Source of the DNA: an uncultured virus (IMG/VR IMGVR_UViG_3300006201_000011)
Taxonomy: Duplodnaviria; Heunggongvirae; Uroviricota; Caudoviricetes
Strand: one strand, 5' to 3'
Virus record (IMG/VR): IMGVR_UViG_3300006201_000011
Span: 54,078 to 74,077 of that record
DNA: 20,000 nt
Below, one piece after another: positions 10,209-16,976 of this stretch (the stretch's first letter is position 1; each line of letters starts with the position of its first letter). The notes under the pieces were generated by a model. It searched no databases and was not told the origin of the DNA. It worked only from the letters and a program-made list of their open reading frames with translations. The position numbers and the translations under genes are program-made.

Positions 10209-11141
10209 ATGTCAAAGGAGTTTGATATTTTTTTGAAAAAGCACATTATCGAATGTGATTTGCTTATCTACTCCATTCCATATCGTGACGGTATCTCTGT
10301 GACAGATCGCCTTATTTTGAATGCTGCGCTTGAAAGCTATTCGCTTTATAAATTTGTGGCGGTTCAAACTGGATCACTGCTTACTGCACATATTGATGAG
10401 ATGATAAAATTGTGCAAAGAGCGGTTGAGCATCGAGATGACATTTGGTGCTTCGGCAGAAATTGAGGTGCATAACAACCTGTACATTCAAAACGATCCAA
10501 TCGTTTTTGATACACCAGCTGTAGAGACTATCGAACTGGTTATGAATGAGTTCAACAATGGACTTATCCTAACTGCTGGAGACATTGATACGCAGGTGGC
10601 GTTGTCTGCCGGTAAAGTGAATTTGGCATTACTGCTTAATGCAGATGTGATAGGAACTAAAAAGACAAGTTTGATTAGAGCCGACAGCGGTTTCTTTCTT
10701 GATTCCGATATTCGTGAAGTCAATCAGCGGAATTACATTGAAACAGATACGGCACTGGAAATGGGCGCGACTCTTCAAAGTCTTTGTTACCAACTAACGA
10801 TTGAGGCGAGTGCGGCATTTGAACTTATGGCAATGGTCGTCGGCACAGAAATACGGCATTCACTTGGTAGATGGTATAACGGTCTTGCTATTGGTGCTAA
10901 TGTGAAAGGGACAAATTCTCAGAAGTTTGAAAGAGCAGAGGCAATTATCCAGCTCATGGAGAGTGCAACAGGAACGCTGGTGAAAGTGCTATACCTTTCT
11001 GATTGCGGTATGGCACTTGATGTTGCTGATGCAAACTTTGGGCTAAAGCGATATCGACTTCTTAGAGAAATTGATGATTTGGAGTTAAGAGATATTGACG
11101 ATATGACACTTAACGAGCTTGATTGGGTCGAGCTTACATGA
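10209..11141 (+). CDS. Hypothetical phage protein (probably structural)
   Basis: 310-aa ORF in the operon, ending in an acidic repeated segment LREIDDLELRDIDDMTLNELD. Confidence 0.6.
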   Translation: MSKEFDIFLKKHIIECDLLIYSIPYRDGISVTDRLILNAALESYSLYKFVAVQTGSLLTAHIDEMIKLCKERLSIEMTFGASAEIEVHNNLYIQNDPIVFDTPAVETIELVMNEFNNGLILTAGDIDTQVALSAGKVNLALLLNADVIGTKKTSLIRADSGFFLDSDIREVNQRNYIETDTALEMGATLQSLCYQLTIEASAAFELMAMVVGTEIRHSLGRWYNGLAIGANVKGTNSQKFERAEAIIQLMESATGTLVKVLYLSDCGMALDVADANFGLKRYRLLREIDDLELRDIDDMTLNELDWVELT

Positions 11142-11166
11142 GTTGATGGATGGAAGGAGGTCAAAT

Positions 11167-11457
11167 ATGTCTCAGGCGCATTTGGGTAGCTTCAATGGAA
11201 CTGTTACACCTGGCGTCAATATGCTGGAGACGTTCAAAAAGAACGAAATCAGGGATAACCCGAACAGCATTTTGAAATATGGGGACATGGTGCTGAAAAA
11301 GTTCGGTATCTCCTGTCCTGCCGGTACAGTAGTAAAAATTAACGGGAAGGAAATCCCGTTGTTTACTGGCGTTTTTGAGTTGGGTATGAACCAGATTGAT
11401 ATTACATCGCTGGAATTTTTAGAAACGGTAAATGTTAATATTTACTATATGTTTTAG
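11167..11457 (+). CDS. Hypothetical phage protein
   Basis: AAGGAGG RBS at 11154-11160 precedes ATG 11167 (MSQAHLG...). The longer ORF-track start at 11119 overlaps the previous gene. Confidence 0.65.
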   Translation: MSQAHLGSFNGTVTPGVNMLETFKKNEIRDNPNSILKYGDMVLKKFGISCPAGTVVKINGKEIPLFTGVFELGMNQIDITSLEFLETVNVNIYYMF

Positions 11458-11472
11458 GGAGGAGGTGCGACG

Positions 11473-11895
11473 ATGGCAGATTTGAGTTTAAGAGACGCTT
11501 TGCTTATTGCAGGCAGTGGCTCTGGCGGTAAAGATGGCGTTGGCATTGCTTCCTTAGAAATTAACGACAGTGGAGAGTTAGTCGTTACTCTGGATAATGG
11601 GCGAGTAAAAAATCTTGGCAGAATCGTCGGTGCGGATGGTGCAGTATATGTGCCCCATATCGACGATAAAAAAGTTCTTTCATTCACGATTGAGAAAGCG
11701 CCCGACAAGGTTCCAGATCCTGTTGATCTAAATGGGGACGGTGTTAAACCCTCTGATGTAACAACGGACGAGGAAGTCAATGAAATGCTTGGAGAAGTCT
11801 TTGGTGAACAAAGTGGAGATGGCACCATAGACGAAAACCAGGTTGTCACCGATGCGGAGGTGGCAGAAATGTTGAAAGAAGTTTTCGGTCGTTGA
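11473..11895 (+). CDS. Hypothetical structural protein with two copies of a TDxEVxEMLxEVFG motif
   Basis: GGAGG RBS. The DGVGI...INDSGELVVTLDNG..NLG.IVGADG segment is typical of phage fibre/collagen-associated repeats. The C-terminal motif is duplicated. Confidence 0.65.
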   Translation: MADLSLRDALLIAGSGSGGKDGVGIASLEINDSGELVVTLDNGRVKNLGRIVGADGAVYVPHIDDKKVLSFTIEKAPDKVPDPVDLNGDGVKPSDVTTDEEVNEMLGEVFGEQSGDGTIDENQVVTDAEVAEMLKEVFGR

Positions 11896-11947
11896 CCGTC
11901 AACTGATAGAAAATACAAACCTATGACAAAACAAGGAGGAAAAGACA

Positions 11948-12730
11948 ATGAGTTACGATGTGAAGAAACTGACCAGACTACAGGATTTGAAGACCTTGGC
12001 GACCACTATCAATGAAAACTTTGCTACTAAGGAAGAGATTGCCAGCCTTGCAACGTCGTTTAAGTCTGGTGAGGTGGCGGGTAATACCGTCAAGCTGTAC
12101 ACCACCGAGGATAAGAGCGGCACCCCTGCGTTCAGCTTTGATTTCCCTACAGAGCTGTTCCTGGATCAGACTAAGACCCAGTTTGTGAGCGAGTTTGCTT
12201 TTGATGCAGATACTTATGCTGGGGCGACCGACCCTAATCTGGAGGGCAAGCCTGTTATGGTTTTGGCCGTCAAGGGCGGGAGCGATGCGATTACCTACTC
12301 TTTCCTAAATATGGCCGCTCTGGTGGACACCTATAAGGCCAAGGCTGGTGATGGCACTGCTACCGTGACTGTGAGCGGCTATGAGATCAGCGTGGATGTG
12401 AATATCTCCGCTGAGGCAAACAACGCCCTGGTGAAGAAAGACGATGGCCTGTATGTGCCTAAGTCCGATGTGGTTGATATCACTGGCAAGGCTGATAAGG
12501 TCGGCAGCGCTATCGCTGGCAACTTTGCCGGCCTGGATGCTAATGGCAATTTGACCGACAGCGGCAAGTCTGCTACTGATTTTTCTAAGGTTGAAGCAAG
12601 CACTACCGCTGGTGCAATCAGCGTTGACGGTGCCGATGTGACCGTGGTGGAGATCGCCACTGATGCTGAGGTCAAGGAAATGCTGGATGAAATCTTCGGT
12701 GTTCCTGATACTCCGGAGGTTAGCGCCTAA
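11948..12730 (+). CDS. Putative fibre/decoration structural protein
   Basis: AAGGAGG RBS. Ala/Thr/Asp-rich, with a KADKV...AGNFAGLDANGNLTDSGK fibre-type motif. Frequent AAG/ACC/CTG codons by eye. Followed by a strong terminator. Confidence 0.6.
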   Translation: MSYDVKKLTRLQDLKTLATTINENFATKEEIASLATSFKSGEVAGNTVKLYTTEDKSGTPAFSFDFPTELFLDQTKTQFVSEFAFDADTYAGATDPNLEGKPVMVLAVKGGSDAITYSFLNMAALVDTYKAKAGDGTATVTVSGYEISVDVNISAEANNALVKKDDGLYVPKSDVVDITGKADKVGSAIAGNFAGLDANGNLTDSGKSATDFSKVEASTTAGAISVDGADVTVVEIATDAEVKEMLDEIFGVPDTPEVSA

Positions 12731-12749
12731 TTTCAGATAATGGCTGTAT

Positions 12750-12780
12750 AAAGAGGAACGGCATATGCCGTTCCTCTTTT
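12750..12780 (+). terminator. Intrinsic terminator (perfect 30-bp palindrome, potentially bidirectional)
   Basis: AAAGAGGAACGGCAT|ATGCCGTTCCTCTTT at 12750-12779, 19 nt after the stop codon at 12730. Confidence 0.8.
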
Positions 12781-12808
12781 GTATTTAGGATAGGTGGAGG
12801 TGAATCTT

Positions 12809-13234
12809 GTGGCAGTGAATAAGGTTCCATATTTGGAGCACTTGAAACAGTTTGGATTGCGGGAAAGCGCCTTGATCGGTCAGGTCGCTAAGACCGCCGC
12901 TGATGCAATCGAAGAGCAGGCGCAACAAATTGGCGCTTTGTCCGATAAAGTGGAAAATTTGCCCGGAATCTCTGGGGAAATTAGTCGCTCAGTCAATGCG
13001 ACACTGACCGTTGCCGGATGGGAAAACAATCGTCAAATTGTTGAGATTGAGGGGCTAACTGCAAATCAAAATGGTGTAGTCGGTTTATCTCAAGACATTT
13101 CAACGGCGGAACGTGAGACTGTGGCAAGTGCGGAGCTGTATATCTGCGGCCAGGCCGATGGGTCTTTTACGGTTGCGTATGGTGGTGATAAACCGACATA
13201 CGACATCCCGATTACCCTTATCCTGCTCGATTAA
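12809..13234 (+). CDS. Hypothetical tail-fibre-associated protein (C-terminal domain paralogous to the next gene)
   Basis: GGAGG at 12796-12800 supports GTG 12809. The C-terminal EIEGLT...NG..G...Q.DG......GDKP..DIP...ILL is shared with 13252-13656. Confidence 0.65.
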   Translation: MAVNKVPYLEHLKQFGLRESALIGQVAKTAADAIEEQAQQIGALSDKVENLPGISGEISRSVNATLTVAGWENNRQIVEIEGLTANQNGVVGLSQDISTAERETVASAELYICGQADGSFTVAYGGDKPTYDIPITLILLD

Positions 13235-13251
13235 CGAGAGGAGGAAGGAAT

Positions 13252-13656
13252 ATGAGCGCGACAAAAAACTATGGATTCTATCTCGAAGGAGATGATACCG
13301 CCAAGTTCAAAGAGTGGCGGGAAAAACTAAACGGCCTGGTCAATTCCAATATGGAGATGATTGATGAGGTCTTGGCTGAAAAAGCAATCAAAAGTCAGTC
13401 ATTCCAGGCTTCATTAACATCTTCCGATTGGGTTTGGACAGGTTCAAAGTATTCACAGACTTTGGAAATCGAGGGGCTTACACCTGATACAAACGGCATT
13501 ATTGGTGTTGGACAAAATCTTACACTTGAACAGACTGATGCTGTTTATATGGCAGAGCTGATGGTTGGCGACCAGACTGATGGTGCGCTAACCATTTTTG
13601 CTAATGGTGATAAGCCCTATTGTGATATCCCAGTCATCATCATTCTTTTGGGATAA
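13252..13656 (+). CDS. Hypothetical tail-fibre-associated protein
   Basis: GGAGG RBS. N-terminal T.NYG.....N.NME.ID fibre-type motif, and a C-terminal domain paralogous to the previous gene. Confidence 0.65.
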   Translation: MSATKNYGFYLEGDDTAKFKEWREKLNGLVNSNMEMIDEVLAEKAIKSQSFQASLTSSDWVWTGSKYSQTLEIEGLTPDTNGIIGVGQNLTLEQTDAVYMAELMVGDQTDGALTIFANGDKPYCDIPVIIILLG

Positions 13657-13674
13657 AGAAAGAAGGAGGTTACT

Positions 13675-15699
13675 ATGCCTATTATTGGAAATTTCCCGTC
13701 TGGCAGCGGCGGCAGCGGCGGCGGTCTTGCTCTGGCCGCAGTTTCGGGCATTCAGACATTGACAGCGGCGGGAAAGGTCTATGTTAAATGGACAGATCCT
13801 GACGATCTGGTTGTTGCCGGTTCGCCTTTGGCAAGCTGGGGAGGAACCCTTTTGGTTCGCAAGGCGGGTAGTGCGCCGGTGAGCCGCAGAGACGGTACTG
13901 TCGTTTTAGACAGCAAGACCAGAAACGCTTATCAGAACAGCTATTTCTGTGATAGCGGTTTGACAGATGGTGTGGAGTATTTCTACAAGTTTTTCCCGTA
14001 CACCACTTCAAGTGCATATACAGATAGCGCCGACGATGAGTTTAGTGCGACGCCCAACCCTGTGGCGGTCGGTGATGTATCTGGAATTACTTTGGCAGCG
14101 GCGGGCAATGGGAAGTTGTCTATCAAGTGGACTGATCCTGCCGCTACTGTTGTTACTGACGGTGTTACCCGTGCGACCTGGGCGTCCACGATTGTGGTCG
14201 TGAAAGAGGGAAGCTATGCTGCCTCTCCCACCGATCCTGACGCCGCATATACCCATACCAGCACAACCCGCAACGGCCACTCAAGTACCCCGCTGGTGGC
14301 GACAGGGCTGAAGAATGGAACGACTTACTATGTCTCTCTATTCCCCATGTCTACAGACGGCAAAGCCAACACTAATGCCGCTAATCGCAAGACTGGTGTA
14401 GCGAACAGGATGACGATTGCGAATGTCCCCAGTCAAAGTGGTAGTTTGACATTCCAAGAGAACACACCGCAGTCCCCGTCTTGGAGTAACTATAACACCG
14501 CACAGCTTACACTGGGCGGTGTGACCACAGGCACCAATGCCACGAGTTACAACGCCACCTTTACTCCGAAAGATGACTATATGTGGCCTGACGGTACTAC
14601 AACGGCTAAGACTGTATCGTGGAGCATTGGTAAGGCGGCTGGCAGCTTAACTTTGAGTAAGAGTTCTGTAACCCTGAACACATCAAAGCTGAGTGACACT
14701 GTGACTGTGACTCGTCCTGGTGATGGCGCAATCTCTGCTACATCCAGCAATACCAGTGTTGCAACAGTAAGCGTATCCAGCAATATCGTGACCATTAACC
14801 ATGTGAATCAGACCACCGGATCAGCAACTATTACCATCAAGGTTGCAGCGGGAAGCAATTATACTGCTCCTGCTAATAAAACGGTTGAAGTGACAGCTCA
14901 GTTTATGCCCGCAAAAGGGAATAAGCTGAACACCTATACATGGGAGCAAATCAAGCAAGTGTCTGATGCTGGTCTTGCAGCAAGCTATTGGAATGTTGGT
15001 GATACCAAAACCATTAAGCTCAATGGTAAGGCGGGGAATTATACTTTCTCTAACCTCTCCGTTGATGTTTTTATTTTGGGCTTTAATCACAATAGTGCCA
15101 AGGAGGGAACAAATCGTATCCACTTCCAAATCGGAAAAATTAGTGGGAAAGATGTGGCACTTTGCGACAGCAAATACAACAACGAGCAAACTTCCGCTGG
15201 ATATTTCCACATGAATACCTCCCGCACCAACAGCGGGGGATGGAACAACAGCGCGATGCGCAAGACGCTGTTGGGCAACAGCAATAGTCCGACCAGCCCC
15301 TTGGCGAACAGCCTGATGGCGGCGCTTCCTGCCGATTTGAGAGCAGTTATGAAGTCAGTGACGAAGTATACCGATAATACTGGCGGCGGCTCTAACACAG
15401 CAAGCTATGTGACTGCGACAACGGATTACCTGTTCCTTTTGTCTGAGTTCGAGGTTTTTGGAACCAGAAATTACGCAAACTCAGCAGAGCAAAACTACCA
15501 GCTTCAGTATGACTACTATAAGAGTGGAAACGCTAAGGTAGCTTATAATCACAGTGCGAACAGCACTGCTGTGTGGTGGTGGTTGCGTTCCCCCTATTAC
15601 AGCGGCAACGACAATTTCTGTGCTGTGGACACCAGCGGCAACATCCGCACCACCCTTGCTTCCTGGTCGGCGGGTGTGCGCCCCGGCTTTTCTGTCTAA
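13675..15699 (+). CDS. DGR target protein: putative receptor-binding/adhesin (2x FN3-like + Ig-like + C-terminal DUF6273/CLec-like variable domain)
   Basis: AAGGAGG RBS. Two KWTDP...GL..G..Y...FP repeats and an Ig-like SSNTSVATV..GSATITI segment. The C-terminus LFLLSEFEV...WWWLRSP...GVRPGF carries the VR up to just before the stop codon. Confidence 0.9.
   Translation: MPIIGNFPSGSGGSGGGLALAAVSGIQTLTAAGKVYVKWTDPDDLVVAGSPLASWGGTLLVRKAGSAPVSRRDGTVVLDSKTRNAYQNSYFCDSGLTDGVEYFYKFFPYTTSSAYTDSADDEFSATPNPVAVGDVSGITLAAAGNGKLSIKWTDPAATVVTDGVTRATWASTIVVVKEGSYAASPTDPDAAYTHTSTTRNGHSSTPLVATGLKNGTTYYVSLFPMSTDGKANTNAANRKTGVANRMTIANVPSQSGSLTFQENTPQSPSWSNYNTAQLTLGGVTTGTNATSYNATFTPKDDYMWPDGTTTAKTVSWSIGKAAGSLTLSKSSVTLNTSKLSDTVTVTRPGDGAISATSSNTSVATVSVSSNIVTINHVNQTTGSATITIKVAAGSNYTAPANKTVEVTAQFMPAKGNKLNTYTWEQIKQVSDAGLAASYWNVGDTKTIKLNGKAGNYTFSNLSVDVFILGFNHNSAKEGTNRIHFQIGKISGKDVALCDSKYNNEQTSAGYFHMNTSRTNSGGWNNSAMRKTLLGNSNSPTSPLANSLMAALPADLRAVMKSVTKYTDNTGGGSNTASYVTATTDYLFLLSEFEVFGTRNYANSAEQNYQLQYDYYKSGNAKVAYNHSANSTAVWWWLRSPYYSGNDNFCAVDTSGNIRTTLASWSAGVRPGFSV
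15564..15691 (+). repeat. DGR variable repeat (VR), with GC-rich/IMH-like 3' end
   Basis: Ungapped 128-bp match to 16632-16759 (offset 1068). All 16 mismatches lie opposite TR adenines. Confidence 0.97.
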
Positions 15700-15725
15700 T
15701 CTGCCGCAGTGTATCGGGTCTATAT

Positions 15726-15747
15726 CCCGCCCACGTCAGTGGGCGGG
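15726..15747 (+). promoter_or_regulatory. GC-rich hairpin/cruciform downstream of VR (candidate DGR target-recognition element)
   Basis: CCCGCCCAC-GTCA-GTGGGCGGG: perfect 9-bp stem and 4-nt loop, 26 nt after the target stop codon. Confidence 0.75.
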
Positions 15748-15787
15748 TGCTCCGATAGAGGCAGAAAGTTTCGGTACGGAAAACAAT

Positions 15788-15816
15788 GTCGGCGCGAAGC
15801 GCCGACGCGATTTTTT
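15788..15816 (+). terminator. Second GC-rich hairpin, probable intrinsic terminator of the target gene
   Basis: GTCGGCGC-GAA-GCGCCGAC (15788-15806), followed by GCGA and TTTTTT (15811-15816). Confidence 0.6.
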
Positions 15817-15847
15817 GAAAAATGGGCTTTTTTGCAGTTTTCCAAAA

Positions 15848-15906
15848 AAGTGCTATCACTTGACAGGTTAAAGACTGCATACAAAGCATGAACGTCGCCC
15901 TATAAT
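15848..15906 (+). promoter_or_regulatory. Candidate promoter/operator region for the RHH-avd-TR-RT unit
   Basis: TTGACA (15860-15865) and TATAAT (15901-15906) are both present but 35 nt apart, so they are not one canonical promoter. The near-palindrome AAGTGCTATCACTT (15848-15861) overlaps the TTGACA. Confidence 0.4.
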
Positions 15907-15940
15907 ATACCTTATACCAGTTAGATGGAGGTACGATAAT

Positions 15941-16147
15941 ATGGCGACAACCAAACGAGTGTTTACCCTGCGTCTGACTGATGACGTGTTTGATAAGATT
16001 GGTACGCTTGCGGCGAATGAGCACCGATCCATGACAAATTACATCGAGTATGTCTTAATCAAGCACCTGGAACAAGTTGAGCAGGAGCGCGGGGTGATAG
16101 ATACTAAAAAAGCAGTAGAAGAGGAGAAAAACAGTGTCGGTACTTAA
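15941..16147 (+). CDS. Arc/CopG-like ribbon-helix-helix DNA-binding protein
   Basis: GGAGG RBS, 68 aa. KRVFTLRLTDDVFDKI..LA..EHRSMTNYIEYVL matches the RHH pattern (FTLRL beta strand, RS turn). Confidence 0.8.
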   Translation: MATTKRVFTLRLTDDVFDKIGTLAANEHRSMTNYIEYVLIKHLEQVEQERGVIDTKKAVEEEKNSVGT

Positions 16148-16598
16148 AGCAAAGCGTACCACAAGCAAGGCAGAGTTTGTCAATACAGCAAACCAGCTTT
16201 ATGTGGAAACGCTAAATTTTCTTACAAGGCTGTCTGCAAGATATTCCAGATTGATTGCTGAGGATATCGCACATCTGGCCGGTGGAGTGGTGGATCAAGC
16301 TGAAATGGCAAACAGTATCTACCCCTCAGACGACCAGAGAAAGACATTGCGCAAGGCACACCTGCTGGAAGCAAGGGCTTCTTTGAAAGCCTTGGATGTG
16401 CGGCTTACGCATTGCTATCTTCTTATGATGCAGAACCCAGAAGGATGCTTTACGAACAGTAAAGGCGTTCAGTTGAAATCTGCGGATGCGGTTGAGAAAC
16501 TTGATCGTATGGCGGAAAGTTTAGGGCTGCTGATCGACAAGGAAGATGAACTTCTCAGAGGTGTTACTAAGGCACTGGCACAAACTAAAAAGCAGTAA
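16134..16598 (+). CDS. avd: DGR accessory variability determinant (Avd-like four-helix-bundle protein)
   Basis: GTG start after GAGGAG, 154 aa, predicted all-helical with a basic N-terminus (SVLKAKR) and ANSIYP....R...L..A motif. It sits immediately upstream of TR, the canonical avd position. Confidence 0.75.
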   Translation: MSVLKAKRTTSKAEFVNTANQLYVETLNFLTRLSARYSRLIAEDIAHLAGGVVDQAEMANSIYPSDDQRKTLRKAHLLEARASLKALDVRLTHCYLLMMQNPEGCFTNSKGVQLKSADAVEKLDRMAESLGLLIDKEDELLRGVTKALAQTKKQ

Positions 16599-16607
16599 TC
16601 GGTCTAT

Positions 16608-16920
16608 GGGTGTATTTCTGTAAATGAGTCACACTGCTGTGTGGTGGTGGTTGCGTTCCCCCTATTACAACAACAACAACAATTTCTGTAATGTGAACAA
16701 CAACGGCAACATCAACAACAACAATGCTTCCTGGTCGGCGGGTGTGCGCCCCGGATTTTGCAATGTGCGAGGTCGAATGGTAGTAGCTTCGGCGAAGGAC
16801 GACCTTTGCAAAAGGAGAAATACTTCCCTGGTGAAAGCCTAAAACGGCCCTTTGACGACCATGCACGGACGCTACTTGCATGGCGGGGGATTGCGTTAAC
16901 CCCGTTTCATGTGTATGGTC
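16608..16920 (+). ncRNA. Putative structured DGR template RNA (5' flank + TR + spacer)
   Basis: Several inverted repeats flank TR: 16612-16619 with 16816-16823, 16756-16763 with 16806-16813, 16770-16775 with 16800-16805, and 16857-16866 with 16911-16920. Boundaries are approximate. Confidence 0.55.
16632..16759 (+). repeat. DGR template repeat (TR)
   Basis: Intergenic copy of the VR between avd and RT, with 14 AAC/AAT codons in the VR reading frame and 33 adenines in total. Confidence 0.97.
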
Positions 16921-16976
16921 AACGTAGTATTAGACACGCACCTACAAGACATCTATGCGGAGGGCGAATAAAAAAT

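Noticed and set aside
1..13674. A second VR/target gene within the window
   Set aside because: No other WWWLRSP...GVRP-like gene end was found by eye or in the ORF translations. Remote targets outside the window cannot be excluded.
15860..15906. TTGACA plus TATAAT as a single consensus sigma-70/SigA promoter
   Set aside because: The spacing is 35 nt rather than about 17. Kept only as a low-confidence regulatory region.
16669..16725. (AAC)n runs as a microsatellite or CRISPR-like repeat
   Set aside because: They are explained as TR variable codons. There is no repeat-spacer periodicity and no cas gene.
16624..16842. 72-aa Asn-rich ORF resembling the target C-terminus
   Set aside because: It is the TR read in the VR frame, which is stop-free by design. 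It has no convincing RBS and is treated as non-coding template rather than a gene or pseudogene.
16758..16976. 73-aa N-terminal extension of the RT in the ORF track
   Set aside because: Its TTG start lies in the TR end and it spans the structured spacer. ATG 16977 has a plausible RBS and gives a typical DGR RT length.
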